Below, in pieces: positions 1-10,076 of a stretch of DNA of 64,000 bases. This DNA comes from a virus: the IMG/VR virus record IMGVR_UViG_3300042731_004843, positions 44,146 to 108,145 of that record; one strand, 5' to 3'. The notes under the pieces were generated by a model. The model saw nothing but the letters and a program-made list of their open reading frames with translations, did not search any database and was not told the DNA's origin. Position 1 is the stretch's first letter; each line of letters starts with the position of its first letter. Both the position numbers and the translations under genes were made by a program.

Positions 1-998
1 CACTTACGCAAACCATCTACGTAGGTGCCCTTCATCTTGACCAGGCCACGTATACCCAGCACCAACTGTGCTGCCTCCACGCCTTTGGCGGCCAGCTTGG
101 TCAGCACTTCTACGTCAGTGGACGGCTGCCGATTGCCGCTCGTACCACCAGAGGTGTACTTGGTAGGGGCTAGGCCCAACTTCTTGAACAGCAGTTCCCG
201 CAGCTGCTGCACGCTGTTCGGGTTCATCTCCCGGCCTGCAATTCTGTTCAACTTCTTGTGCAGGTCGTCGATGCGCTCTTGGATCTTGGGGGACAGCTCG
301 TCCAGGTACCCGACATCCACCATCACTCCACGCCGGCAGCATTCGTACAGCACTCGGGTAAAGGGCGCCTCCACTTCATCGAAGTAGTCCCAGAGACACA
401 TACCGTCCAGGCTATGCTGAGACTCCAGCTCCTCTCGCAGGTACTTGTACACTCGGAAGGTAGCCCAGGCGTCCAGAGATGCGTAGGAGTGTGCTTTCAT
501 TGGTTGTTCGAGCAGAACGCGCATGAACCGCTGCGCTACATCCTCACCTTTCTTGCGTTCTGGGAAGACGGACTTGAACTCGTTCATGTTGAGACCGAGG
601 TGGTCCCACGCAGTTTCCTTCAAGCCGTGGCGGCCCATCCGGTTCTCGTCATAGAGCCAATCCATGGCCAGGGTGCAGTACGCATCACCTTTAGGCACCA
701 TGACGCCGGAGTTATGCAGCATGCAGAAGTCGAACGTCTGGTTGGTGAAGTACCACTTCAGGTCCGAGTCGTTAGCCAGTTCTTTGTCGTAGAGATCTAA
801 CATCTCCCTAGACAGGCAGTACCGGGAACCTTCATCAGGACATGCTGACCACAAGATCACATGGTCACGTGCCCTGTTTATGCCGGTGGTCTCTGTATCT
901 AGGGCGCACTCTCCTGTGTCCCGTACATGCCTGGCGAACTGCATGAAACCTTCGCCAGTGTCCACGTAGGTAACTGGGGGGACGTACTGAGTTGCCAT
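1..998 (-). CDS. DNA polymerase family A (PolA-like), N-terminal 3'-5' exonuclease and thumb region; runs off the window edge
   Basis: Absent from the ORF track (no stop in window). Manual translation from ATG 998 (GGAGG upstream): MATQYVPPVTYVDT...ALDTETTG (ExoI)...NQTFD (ExoII)...YASLDA (ExoIII)...MNPNSVQQLRELLFKKLGL...STDVEVL (PolA thumb). Confidence 0.9.
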   Translation of the reverse strand, partial: MATQYVPPVTYVDTGEGFMQFARHVRDTGECALDTETTGINRARDHVILWSACPDEGSRYCLSREMLDLYDKELANDSDLKWYFTNQTFDFCMLHNSGVMVPKGDAYCTLAMDWLYDENRMGRHGLKETAWDHLGLNMNEFKSVFPERKKGEDVAQRFMRVLLEQPMKAHSYASLDAWATFRVYKYLREELESQHSLDGMCLWDYFDEVEAPFTRVLYECCRRGVMVDVGYLDELSPKIQERIDDLHKKLNRIAGREMNPNSVQQLRELLFKKLGLAPTKYTSGGTSGNRQPSTDVEVLTKLAAKGVEAAQLVLGIRGLVKMKGTYVDGLRK

Positions 999-1015
999 AT
1001 GCCCTCCGCATGGAG

Positions 1016-1041
1016 GGCCTCCCCTCGTAGCAGGGGAGGCC
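1016..1041. other. intergenic hairpin (10-bp stem) between SSB-like gene and polA
   Basis: ggcctcccct-cgtagc-aggggaggcc; no clear U-tract. Confidence 0.5.
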
Positions 1042-1052
1042 TCCCACACTAG

Positions 1053-2129
1053 TTAGAGTTCCGGCTCTTCCGCGTAGTCGCGCGCTTTGTCTTGTCCCTC
1101 GGACCCGTAGGGGTTGCGGATCTTGAGTACCTTGGCCTGCCAGTCGAAGGGGTCCGGGGAGAACACCTTCTTGAAGGGCCAGGGCTTAGCCATCTCCTTC
1201 AGGTCGTCGGATAGTTCCGTGGGAGTCCACCTGGGGACCATGATGGTGGAATCGGTATTCTCTCCCTCCCGCTTGATCTCCAGGTCACAGTCGAAGATGC
1301 TGAGCGGGGTGGGATCTTGGCACCCGTCACACTCACTCTGCTTGATGGGGAAGTCTTTGGTGCCGCACTTCGGGCACTCCATGTGGCGCGCAGTGACTTT
1401 GAGGATGTCCTCGTCCTTCATGTCCGTGTTGGCGAGGTCGATCAGAGGTTCGGCACAGTTGGAGCACTCCCAGAGCACCTCCTCGAGCCGACCACCGCAG
1501 TTGGCGCAGTCCTTCTCGATCTCGTTCGTGATGCCCGCCAGTTGGCCCAGGTGCCGGCTACCCAGACTCAGGTGCACTTTCTTACCGAAGACCTTCTCCA
1601 GACCATCCTTGCAGTACTTGCAGCGGCGGCCTTCACAGAGCACCTTCCGGTGTACCTGCTCGCCTTGTCGGTCACCCTTCTTGTAGACGATGGGCTTGCC
1701 GTCATCATCGAACACGGGTTCTAGGTGGTAGTAGGCGAGGTGGATAGCGTTGAAGGCGTGTAGCAGCTGCCAGCCCACACCATCGTCGCCCTTCTCGATG
1801 GCTTCACAGCCCAGGCACTTGCCGCCGACCGCGGTGAGGTCACCGTCCGTGATCTTGTACTGCTTGCTGCAGATGAAGCTCTTGTTGCTGCGCTTCACGA
1901 AGTGGTTCACGTAGGGGTAGTACTCGCTGTCCAGCCCCTCGAGGTCGGTATAGGATCCCGGTAGCAGGCGCAGCTTAGTGGTCACACCGACAGGCGGCTT
2001 GAAGCGAGCATTCCAGCGGATGCTCAGGGAGTAGCCCTTGCCACCGCCACCGCCGCTTTCTTGACGGCGAGTGGCGTAGCCCCTTACTCGTTGGCCGAAC
2101 GACGATCTGTTGCGAGATGAATGTTGCAC
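1053..2129 (-). CDS. putative ssDNA-binding/annealing protein (gp32-like) with several CxxC Zn ribbons
   Basis: Start re-called at GTG 2129 (GGAGG SD). LRLLPG motif, multiple CxxC pairs, acidic C-terminus (EEPEL), located between primase and polymerase. Confidence 0.55.
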   Translation of the reverse strand: MQHSSRNRSSFGQRVRGYATRRQESGGGGGKGYSLSIRWNARFKPPVGVTTKLRLLPGSYTDLEGLDSEYYPYVNHFVKRSNKSFICSKQYKITDGDLTAVGGKCLGCEAIEKGDDGVGWQLLHAFNAIHLAYYHLEPVFDDDGKPIVYKKGDRQGEQVHRKVLCEGRRCKYCKDGLEKVFGKKVHLSLGSRHLGQLAGITNEIEKDCANCGGRLEEVLWECSNCAEPLIDLANTDMKDEDILKVTARHMECPKCGTKDFPIKQSECDGCQDPTPLSIFDCDLEIKREGENTDSTIMVPRWTPTELSDDLKEMAKPWPFKKVFSPDPFDWQAKVLKIRNPYGSEGQDKARDYAEEPEL

Positions 2130-3121
2130 GGTCTCTGCCTCCAGTGATGCCAGTCCTCTGCGTCCTCCAGGACGGCCAGTAGTTCTGGCTGGGATAGGTT
2201 GTCTGGCTGTGCCTCGTCCCCGAACTCCTCGGGGTACGTGCACACCAGTACTTCTAGGCCGCGCTGCCGCAGCCTCCTTCCTGCGTCTAGTGCGCCCTCT
2301 CTTCCTGCTTTGTTGGCGTCTAGCAGTAGGACGATGGAAGTCCCCAAGCGGCTCAGGATGCGCTCTTGCATCCATGTCATCCGACTTCCCTGCAGCGCGA
2401 CTACGTTCTCGATGTCTTGCTGCAGTACCCAGATACACGCCTTGTACCCCTCCACGATGACTAGGGTATCCAATTCACCGTGGAACGCCTGGGGCCAGAC
2501 GTTGTGCATGTTCCACAGGAACTCATGGTTCTTGATGTCATAACGCTTGTAGCGTTCTTTGGTGTCGTAGTCGTCCGGCGCGTACTTCAGCAGGTCCGGA
2601 GACTTGTAGACCTTGTATCGTGGGTAGTCCCCGACCACAGTGCGCCCGGAGATACCGACCAGATTCCCGTACAGGTCCCGGATGGGGAACGTGATACGCT
2701 GCTCGTCATGATCGAAGCCGATGTCCAGGCTTTTGAGTAGCTTCTCATCAAATCCGGCATCGACTAGATCTAACGGGCAGTACTGAAACACGCCTAGCAG
2801 CGCCTCGTTTAGGAAGTGCTCGCCGCGACCGACCTCAATAGTAGATGGATCGCGGCGACGTTTCGGCTGGAGCTTCTCCAGCTCCAGAGCAACATCTATC
2901 TGTTCTGGAGAAGAGCCCATCTTGCGCAGGAACTGGACGAACGTTCCTCGGGCGTGGCAGGAGTGGCAGTAGTACACCCCTGTATCCAGGTGCATGTAGA
3001 ACGATGGCTTCTTCTCCATCCCTCCTTTGTGGAATGGGCAGGGACCGCCAATGTTATTGGGCCCGGACATTTTGACGAAGCGCAGGTGGCGCTCTGCCAT
3101 CTTTCGTACTGTGTCTCTCAT
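2084..3121 (-). CDS. DnaG-type DNA primase (CHC2 Zn finger + TOPRIM)
   Basis: CPFH...CHSC zinc finger, RITFPIRD...GISGR, VIVEGY, LLLDANKAG, QPD. Confidence 0.9.
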   Translation of the reverse strand: MRDTVRKMAERHLRFVKMSGPNNIGGPCPFHKGGMEKKPSFYMHLDTGVYYCHSCHARGTFVQFLRKMGSSPEQIDVALELEKLQPKRRRDPSTIEVGRGEHFLNEALLGVFQYCPLDLVDAGFDEKLLKSLDIGFDHDEQRITFPIRDLYGNLVGISGRTVVGDYPRYKVYKSPDLLKYAPDDYDTKERYKRYDIKNHEFLWNMHNVWPQAFHGELDTLVIVEGYKACIWVLQQDIENVVALQGSRMTWMQERILSRLGTSIVLLLDANKAGREGALDAGRRLRQRGLEVLVCTYPEEFGDEAQPDNLSQPELLAVLEDAEDWHHWRQRPCNIHLATDRRSANE

Positions 3122-4623
3122 CCGTGCCGTTTACCCTTATTCATGAGCCCCGCCGCCCAGTCCTTCATGTCTCTGGATGGTTCTGAGCGCATGCGCTCAG
3201 AGCCGTTTCTTTTTCTCTCGTTGTCTTGTTCCTTGAAGAAGTTCTTGATGTCCTCGATCTCGTAGAAGACTACGGGCTCGAGCATCGGGTTGCCGTCACC
3301 GTCCACCTGCACCACACCGGTTTCGCTGATCACCTTGCGCATCATTACGCCGAAGTCCGAAGCAGCATTGCCGTGGATAGCGAAGCCCGTCATGTTGATC
3401 TCGCGGGCACCGGTTATGGCCAGCGCCAACTCATTCACTTCTGGGTTTCTGGTAGACTTCTTGTTGATCTCCACGGCCAGGTCGCAGTCCATGCCGTAGG
3501 AGTCAGCGAAGGCGATATTGGCCATACTCTTGCCCCTAGCCTCTTCAGATGGCCGGTTGGCCTGAGTGGTCCCAATCACTGGGATCTTGAAGTCCAGTGC
3601 TATCTCTTTGACGTCCTGGGTGATAGCAGACTGGTCATCCCACTTCACTGACCGCGTGTTCTTGCGGTCATTACGCATCAGGTACATGGCGTCCACGCAG
3701 ACTAGGTCGGGCTTGTGGTCCTCGACCTTCTTACGCAGACCCAGAACACCACCACCTCGTGGGTCGGTCCTATCGCTGGTGATGATCAGGGTCTTCCTGA
3801 ATCCGGTCTCCAGCGCGCAGGTATCCTCATCTTGAGACATGGTTTCCGCAGTGGCGTAGAACCGCTCCTCCATGGTTCCGCCTTCTGGGACGGGGATCTC
3901 AGCTAGCGTGCCTTGCTTGTACGCTCGGTAGGGCGCGCCGATCAACAGGCAGATGCTACGGTCTATCATCTGCTCCGGAGTCATCTCCCTGGTGTAGACC
4001 AGAACGCGGCGGCTACTGAAGTCGTAGGCATGCGTGGCAATCTTCAGCAGCACCCATGTCTTTAGTGACTTCGGCCTCCCGTAGAATAGGATGAACTCGC
4101 TTGTCTGCATCCCCTGGGTTTCTTTGTTCAACACGTCCCACGGGTACGGTATCCCTTGGTAGCCGTCTTGATCTCTGTGGCTCTCGTACCTGTCGATGGC
4201 CGAGGAGATGCTCTGTGACAAGATCAAATCCTGTGTCACGCGGCGTGTCCTCGCCAGGTCCCCTACAGTATTTTGGATGTCGACCAGCAGTTGGTCCGGC
4301 TTGTTGATGTTGTCCACGATGTGGTCAGACAGCACCTTCAACTCGGCACGTACGTGGTGGTCTTTGAATTCCGCAAGTACTGCATCCAGGTTGAGCCGAT
4401 TTTCTCTCGGGAGATCTACAGTCGGGAAACGTTTCTCCACCATCTCTCGAGTGGGGACGTTGCCCGCGGTTCGTTTGTTTCTCCAGAACTTGAGCAGGTA
4501 CTTCAGCACCATGCGGCCGTCTTCGGTCTTGAAGTCTTCCAGCCGCACGCCCTCATCCAGCACCTTCTGTAGATCTCCGACGTCTATTACTTTGGCTATG
4601 AGTTCTAGTTCTTGGCTTGCCAT
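3118..4623 (-). CDS. DnaB-like replicative helicase
   Basis: GIPYPW..LN..T.G, Walker A-like YGRPKSLKT, REM, Walker B VCVDAMYL, TTQANR; adjacent to primase. Confidence 0.88.
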   Translation of the reverse strand: MASQELELIAKVIDVGDLQKVLDEGVRLEDFKTEDGRMVLKYLLKFWRNKRTAGNVPTREMVEKRFPTVDLPRENRLNLDAVLAEFKDHHVRAELKVLSDHIVDNINKPDQLLVDIQNTVGDLARTRRVTQDLILSQSISSAIDRYESHRDQDGYQGIPYPWDVLNKETQGMQTSEFILFYGRPKSLKTWVLLKIATHAYDFSSRRVLVYTREMTPEQMIDRSICLLIGAPYRAYKQGTLAEIPVPEGGTMEERFYATAETMSQDEDTCALETGFRKTLIITSDRTDPRGGGVLGLRKKVEDHKPDLVCVDAMYLMRNDRKNTRSVKWDDQSAITQDVKEIALDFKIPVIGTTQANRPSEEARGKSMANIAFADSYGMDCDLAVEINKKSTRNPEVNELALAITGAREINMTGFAIHGNAASDFGVMMRKVISETGVVQVDGDGNPMLEPVVFYEIEDIKNFFKEQDNERKRNGSERMRSEPSRDMKDWAAGLMNKGKRHG

Positions 4624-4725
4624 GCTGCCTCCTGATAGAAAGCATCAAGAGTCAGCCCCGGAAACCTAGCAGTCAAGCCGCTAGGTATGGGGCCGCCGTC
4701 AGTAGAACACCACAAGATGTAGTGC

Positions 4726-5841
4726 CTATCTGGACAGTCTGCGCAGCACGTTTCCAGCCATGGCTTCGAACTCGAAACGCCTGTTCATGTCGTCGTAGTC
4801 TTGTGCGGCGCGGGTGATGGCCTGGAGAATCCCATAGTTGGTCTTGATGGGTTCCTTGTCGAACGCCTTGATGGCGGCCTCTCGGAAGTGCTTGGGAGCA
4901 TCCAGCCGCTTCAGCTCGGACTCGATGAGTGCTTGAGGGTGGTCTACAGAGCTATCCTGCATGTTGGTGAGTTGGTTGCGCGTCCGCTCCCAGCGTACTG
5001 GAGCTTGGCTGAAGACGCTCTTGAGCTGCTGGTCCAGTGCAGCGTCTTCGATGGGCCGGTGCTGCCGGTACAGCAGGCGGGAGTCACCGACAGTGATCAT
5101 CATGCCGTTGAGGCAGACCAGCCGGAAGCTGAACTCATCGATGGTGATGGCAGTGAATCCTACTTCCGAATTGCGCATGTGGAAGCCCGGGTAGACCAGG
5201 TCGTCTTTGGGCAGCGCGCCCTCGGCTTCGGCGATGTCGTAAATGTTCCGCACGGCGGGGTCAGGGTGGTTGCGGTCGATGGCCCCCATGTTGATGGGGT
5301 CTCCGACCAGGGTGAAGTGGTTGCACCGATCGTCACCCCACCTGGTCTTCTTGCTCAGGTGGTTGCCCATGAACCGGAGCTCGCTGACTTCGGATCCGAA
5401 CTGCCTCTCCATCCGGTCGAACAGCCGCTCATTGTCGATGGGGTGGTAGCCCGGTGACAGCACGGCACGCATGTACCCGTCGCATCCTGGTACGCCGGGA
5501 GTGCCGGGGCGGAATTTTGTGGTCCGCACCTTCCTCTTGTCTCCCGTCTTGGAGAAGCGCCGTTGCAGCTCTTCTTGTACCTGCTCATGCGTGACGAGTT
5601 TGGGGTCGAACCACTTGGCCCACTGCACCCCGAGCACAGAGCCCAACTGCTTCTGGGCCCAGTCGGTCATACGGAATGTGCCGACTTGGGGCAGCTCCAG
5701 ATCTAGCTGCGGTGTGACACGGATCTTGTCCATCTCCACCACAGTGTCAGGGTTCTGGAGGGCATGCTCCTTCGCCACAACTTCTCGTACGTGGTCAAAT
5801 TTGGTCAGGTTTTTCGTTTGTTCCAAGTCCAGTCCGCGCAT
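4726..5841 (-). CDS. DUF932-like protein
   Basis: RAVLSPGYHPIDN, NSEVG...RLVCLNGM motifs; start at ATG 5841 with GGAGG SD. Confidence 0.75.
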   Translation of the reverse strand: MRGLDLEQTKNLTKFDHVREVVAKEHALQNPDTVVEMDKIRVTPQLDLELPQVGTFRMTDWAQKQLGSVLGVQWAKWFDPKLVTHEQVQEELQRRFSKTGDKRKVRTTKFRPGTPGVPGCDGYMRAVLSPGYHPIDNERLFDRMERQFGSEVSELRFMGNHLSKKTRWGDDRCNHFTLVGDPINMGAIDRNHPDPAVRNIYDIAEAEGALPKDDLVYPGFHMRNSEVGFTAITIDEFSFRLVCLNGMMITVGDSRLLYRQHRPIEDAALDQQLKSVFSQAPVRWERTRNQLTNMQDSSVDHPQALIESELKRLDAPKHFREAAIKAFDKEPIKTNYGILQAITRAAQDYDDMNRRFEFEAMAGNVLRRLSR

Positions 5842-6163
5842 CTTCTTCCTCCGCTGAGGCTCCCTCACTGAAGTGGTAAGGGAGCAGGTCTTGTTCCATG
5901 GAATCGAGCAGCTCGTTCAGCAGGTTTAGGGTGCGCTCCGACCAAGTCTCTACTTGGGCCGAGCACTTACCGTGGGTGTGTAGGAGAGTTTTCTGCGTCC
6001 CTTTTACTGCGTCCTCCGCCGTCCCCTCCACGGTTGCGTAGGTCGCGGTCATTTGTGGGGACGTCGGAACCCCGGCGCGCACCTGTATGGAACGCATATT
6101 ATCCACGTCTACGCTGACTACGTGCACGCCGTTGATCTTGCACGCTCCGCTAGACACCCTCAT
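5795..6163 (-). CDS. hypothetical protein
   Basis: Tightly packed in operon, ATGA overlap with upstream gene. Confidence 0.65.
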   Translation of the reverse strand: MRVSSGACKINGVHVVSVDVDNMRSIQVRAGVPTSPQMTATYATVEGTAEDAVKGTQKTLLHTHGKCSAQVETWSERTLNLLNELLDSMEQDLLPYHFSEGASAEEEDARTGLGTNEKPDQI

Positions 6164-6510
6164 CGGTGAGACTCCGAGGCGAAGCTGTCCAGGTGCAGAT
6201 CCATCTCCTCCGCGCCCTGGATGGCCGTGGTCTCTGCGATCCTACCGGCCTCTTCGAGGGCCGCTTCGATCTCCTTTCTGCTTTGCCCGCAGGTGATGGT
6301 GACGTGGGATTCCGCCTTCACGGTCATGCCGGCTTCCCTGGTCGAGTACCAGTGGCTGAACCCTCTGGTCTGCCCGGCACGTGCGTTCCCGTCTCCCAGC
6401 GGTAGGTCGGTCTTCTGTCTTTTGTTCACGCGTTTCATCCTCTCTATGCGGTCAGCCGTCTTGTTGAACAAGAAGAATGTGCCGCTTATGGTCGCGACCG
6501 CATTAGTCAT
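6160..6510 (-). CDS. hypothetical protein
   Basis: Operon packing, overlapping start/stop. Confidence 0.65.
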   Translation of the reverse strand: MTNAVATISGTFFLFNKTADRIERMKRVNKRQKTDLPLGDGNARAGQTRGFSHWYSTREAGMTVKAESHVTITCGQSRKEIEAALEEAGRIAETTAIQGAEEMDLHLDSFASESHR

Positions 6511-6982
6511 CGATCGGCACGGATGGTATGACGTATGGTTTGGGCGTCCCCGGCATGTTGGCGGGGGCCTGCTCGTCCTCGTGGTACGCCTTGGCTACCA
6601 GCTCGTTGTCCACCTCACCTTGCCGCACCAACTGGTGCAATAGGTCGGCGTCCAGTTTGTAGGTGACCGTCTCTGTCAGAACCAGGTCGGCCTGTTCAGC
6701 CGGCAGGGTGTTGGCCAGGAAATCTACGTCGTAGTAGCGCTTGTACTTCTTCTGCGCCCCAACAACTCCTACGACCAGCTTGTCCTGGTCTAAGGTCCGC
6801 AGCTGGGTCTTGACAGCCCGGCTCGCAGCATCCAGTTGGCGGTTGTACTCACCAACCAGCTGCTCGTACTCGAGCAGTATGTCCTTGATTTCAGGGTCGG
6901 CCATGAACGTGAACAGCTCTTCCTTGGCCTCATCGAATCTGGCTACCGCCCGCTCAGCTACGCTAAGTTCTTTTTCTGGCAC
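6503..6982 (-). CDS. hypothetical protein
   Basis: AGGAGAGG SD, operon packing. Confidence 0.7.
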   Translation of the reverse strand: MPEKELSVAERAVARFDEAKEELFTFMADPEIKDILLEYEQLVGEYNRQLDAASRAVKTQLRTLDQDKLVVGVVGAQKKYKRYYDVDFLANTLPAEQADLVLTETVTYKLDADLLHQLVRQGEVDNELVAKAYHEDEQAPANMPGTPKPYVIPSVPIDD

Positions 6983-7661
6983 GGGTCACCTCTCTCCTGC
7001 TTTCTGGTGGCTCGATCCCGTAATATGTTTCCCGCAGGTGATCGATCACCTGGGCTGCCCTGACGAAATCCTCGGTAGTCTTGTACCAGGGCCCGCTCTT
7101 GGTTCGGTTGTGGGACCTGGCCAGGAACGCAGTGTGGTAAACGGGCATAAGCGCGTAGCGGATCGGCACATGTCGTCCTTGCATGGTGAACGTACGCATT
7201 CTGCCGCGCACCGCCTCCATCTTTGGGGCCTTGCCGGTCAATATTTGTAGCGGCACTTTGCCGACTGCGATGATCAGCAGAGGGTCCACGAGGTAGATCT
7301 GCTCTAGCAGCCTCTCTTTACACGCTTCCCTTTCAACTTTAGACGGCGGCCGATTATCTATGCGTACTCCGCCTGATCGGTCGTCTTCTACTTCCACAGT
7401 AGGCCGGCAACAGACGACGTTGGTGATGTAGAGGTCCTCCTGCCGGTCCAAGTCCACCGACTCCAGAAACTGGTCCAGTACCTCTCCTGCACGTCCGAAG
7501 AAGGGTCGGCCAGAACGGTCCTCGTGCTCCCCCGGCCCTTCCCCAACGATCATGATGTCCGCGTTGGGATTGCCCTCACCGAATACGAGACGCGTCCTGG
7601 TCTCTGCGAGGCCGCAGCGCTGGCAGTCTCCCCAGCTATCTTGGAGCTGAGCAAGGCTCAC
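6963..7661 (-). CDS. uracil-DNA glycosylase, family 4 (Fe-S type)
   Basis: CQRCGL..TR...VFGEG....IMIVGEGPG..ED..GRPF.G.AG, YITNVVCCRP, YH; start re-called at GTG 7661. Confidence 0.92.
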   Translation of the reverse strand: MSLAQLQDSWGDCQRCGLAETRTRLVFGEGNPNADIMIVGEGPGEHEDRSGRPFFGRAGEVLDQFLESVDLDRQEDLYITNVVCCRPTVEVEDDRSGGVRIDNRPPSKVEREACKERLLEQIYLVDPLLIIAVGKVPLQILTGKAPKMEAVRGRMRTFTMQGRHVPIRYALMPVYHTAFLARSHNRTKSGPWYKTTEDFVRAAQVIDHLRETYYGIEPPESRREVTRARKRT

Positions 7662-8059
7662 GACTGGTGCCCGCTCGGTAGCGGGCCTCCCGCGGGTTCT
7701 ATGCCTGCGTCTTTGGCGCGGGACACCATCTCTGCCCGAGAGCACTTCTCGAGCTGCTCCAGTAGGGGGCGCAGAGTACCAGGGCTTTCCTCGGGCCAGA
7801 AGTAGGACACGGGCTTGACCCTGACAGGCACCGCAGATCTGCAGATACCAGCTGGGAGCACCTGGTTGGATTGGACTAGAGCGCCATCCTCTCTAGGGAG
7901 TAGTAGCGTACGCAGAGTGCGCGCCTCATCCAGCAGGATGAAATCCCCCTTCCTCGCCGCCTCACAGATCTCGTCGTCTGTGAGTGTGGTCTTGCCGACC
8001 CAGAATGACTGGGGCGTGCCGTCACCGACTATGACCCAGTGCGCTTCTTGCTCACTCAT
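7658..8059 (-). CDS. hypothetical protein
   Basis: AAGGAGG SD, overlaps flanking genes. Confidence 0.7.
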   Translation of the reverse strand: MSEQEAHWVIVGDGTPQSFWVGKTTLTDDEICEAARKGDFILLDEARTLRTLLLPREDGALVQSNQVLPAGICRSAVPVRVKPVSYFWPEESPGTLRPLLEQLEKCSRAEMVSRAKDAGIEPAGGPLPSGHQS

Positions 8060-9510
8060 TTGGTTTCCTCCTTACCGTAAGGTCTCAGTATCTTGTAATC
8101 TAGGGGCCCGCCCTGCTCCTTGGGCCACCTACGTATCAGCCGTTTCAGTGTCGAGCACATCTTGTGCATCTTGGGCACAAAGACGTGGTCGAGGATGATG
8201 ATCACAGGCGTCTTCTTGTTTTCTCGGAACCGTTGTGCCCGGCCCATGCCCTGCTGGAGGGTGTTGAGTCCGCCGTCTTCCACGGATGAGCTGCCGAAGG
8301 GAGTCAGGAAGTAGAGCAGGTCTAGCGTGTCTTCATCCAGAGCCTCCTTCACCAGCTGCAGAGTCCCGAAGCTGATCTGCTTTGTGCGAAGGGTGCGTAG
8401 CCTGGCCTCCGGCTTCTCATTCCCAGTACACAACCCGGAGTCAGCAAACATGTCGTTGAGCAGGCGCAGCTGCTCAACGCTGTGGCTCAGGACCAAGATC
8501 TTCCGCCCCTTCTCCAACGGGGCACGTAGCTTGCGGGCGATGAACTCGTTGCACTCAGGTAGCCTGCCGAGATATGTCCGCAGCTTCGGTATGTTGATCT
8601 TGCCCTGTTTGTCGTAGATGCCCGTCTCTGGATTCTTCGCCTCTTTGGATTTCACGTCCACTGTTGCGGGGCATTCCTGGAAGTAGATGCGAGGGATCAT
8701 GTCCGGCATGAGGTCGGAGTGGTACACGTCCCCGATGTGGTACTGATAGATAGGCTCGAGCCCGTCCTCACGATTCACTGTGGCGGTCAGACCGTGCCGT
8801 TCTCCATAGAACATGGGCGCTGTGCGGACAAATAGTGGGGCCGACAGGTGGTGTACCTCGTCATAGATGACCAGCCCGAAGTACCTGTCCATGCCGGCCG
8901 GGATGTTGTTAGCGTGCAGAGACAGGGAGTGTATCATCGCCACACAGATGCCCCGTCCATCCCAGTCCCAGGTGTCCGGGGAGCCCTGCAGTACACCAAT
9001 CCCCCCGGGCACGCGCCTCATGTGCTCGCGGATCCTGTCCTGCCACTGATCGATCAGAGTGGTATTGTTCACCACCACCAGCGCGGGCACTTTACGCTCA
9101 GCTACGAGCTTCAGTGCCATGATCGTTTTTCCCTTACCGCAAGCTAGGTTGAGCAGCCCACTCTTCGCCGCCTTCATAGGCACCCATGCATCACGCTGGG
9201 TGGTGAGGTCTGGGCGTTTGGCGTCTAGCTCTATCCTGTCCATAAAGGCGACGCGCGGGAACTCCGTAGGTTGTACGGATAGGATCGGGAATGACAGGGC
9301 GGCGTACTCTCCACGGGGAAAGAACTCCCTGGGGACAATGAGGTGGTCCTTTTCCTCATGCCATAGCTGCAGGTACGTGATCCCCTCATTGTCCATCACC
9401 GGGAACTCGAGCCCGCTCTTCACGGAGCGCACATTGATGTGCTTCTTGGGCAGCCAAAGCTGCCTCCCGAAATACCCCTTGTCGGGGTCCCGACGCACGA
9501 AACTCAGCAT
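8056..9510 (-). CDS. superfamily 2 DExH helicase (UvsW/XPB-like)
   Basis: LACGKGKT, YDEVHH, GLTAT, QQGMGRAQR; start at ATG 9510 with GGAGG SD. Confidence 0.9.
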   Translation of the reverse strand: MLSFVRRDPDKGYFGRQLWLPKKHINVRSVKSGLEFPVMDNEGITYLQLWHEEKDHLIVPREFFPRGEYAALSFPILSVQPTEFPRVAFMDRIELDAKRPDLTTQRDAWVPMKAAKSGLLNLACGKGKTIMALKLVAERKVPALVVVNNTTLIDQWQDRIREHMRRVPGGIGVLQGSPDTWDWDGRGICVAMIHSLSLHANNIPAGMDRYFGLVIYDEVHHLSAPLFVRTAPMFYGERHGLTATVNREDGLEPIYQYHIGDVYHSDLMPDMIPRIYFQECPATVDVKSKEAKNPETGIYDKQGKINIPKLRTYLGRLPECNEFIARKLRAPLEKGRKILVLSHSVEQLRLLNDMFADSGLCTGNEKPEARLRTLRTKQISFGTLQLVKEALDEDTLDLLYFLTPFGSSSVEDGGLNTLQQGMGRAQRFRENKKTPVIIILDHVFVPKMHKMCSTLKRLIRRWPKEQGGPLDYKILRPYGKEETK

Positions 9511-9575
9511 GCATCCTCCAGAACGGCTAACTGCTTGTAATCCTTGTGGTGACGTTGCGGGGGCGGCCATGAACA

Positions 9576-9630
9576 GTACCTTACCAGATCTGGTAAGGTA
9601 CATTTATACATACATCGTCCGCCCTGTCAA
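9576..9630 (-). promoter_or_regulatory. sigma70-like promoter (TTGACA-N16-TATAAA) with a 26-bp perfect palindrome over the predicted start site
   Basis: Minus strand TTGACA 9630-9625, TATAAA 9608-9603; palindrome gtaccttaccagatctggtaaggtac 9576-9601. Confidence 0.65.
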
Positions 9631-9998
9631 AACCTATAATTGCGGAAGAACTGCCAGGCTTCGTAGAAGAGTCCGCGGAGGGCACCGCTGGCGCAATCTT
9701 TGGCGAAGCGCTCTATGGCGCGTTCTCCTTCGCCAACGATACCGCTTTCGCAGTTAGATCTCAGTCCGTCATCAGCGTCCTCTCCGTACCGCCGAGAGCG
9801 TCTGCCGGCGGTATTGGTGCGGCCGATTACTGTGGGGCGGGGAGAGAATGGACGCCGACTGTCTACTACCTCCATGCGGCAACTATGTTGGTACCTGCAG
9901 CCTTGACATTCGTGGTCATCGAGGCTGAAAGTGTGGGGGTTGCCCCAGCAGCTGGGGCGGTTGTCGTCGTTAGAGCTGATGTGGTCGTCATACGACAC
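9627..9998 (-). CDS. hypothetical protein with N-terminal Cys4 motif
   Basis: AGGAG SD; CWG...ECQGCRYQHSC. Confidence 0.75.
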   Translation of the reverse strand: MSYDDHISSNDDNRPSCWGNPHTFSLDDHECQGCRYQHSCRMEVVDSRRPFSPRPTVIGRTNTAGRRSRRYGEDADDGLRSNCESGIVGEGERAIERFAKDCASGALRGLFYEAWQFFRNYRF

Positions 9999-10076
9999 GT
10001 TATCTCCTGGGGTTAGTTGGGGTCCAAGACGAAGATCTTATAACAGCGTGTAGGCGTTTTTTGTCCTGCCCACTTG

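Noticed and set aside
2130-2438. N-terminal extension of ORF 1053-2438
   Set aside because: Overlaps primase in another frame; a GGAGG-GTG start at 2129 is better
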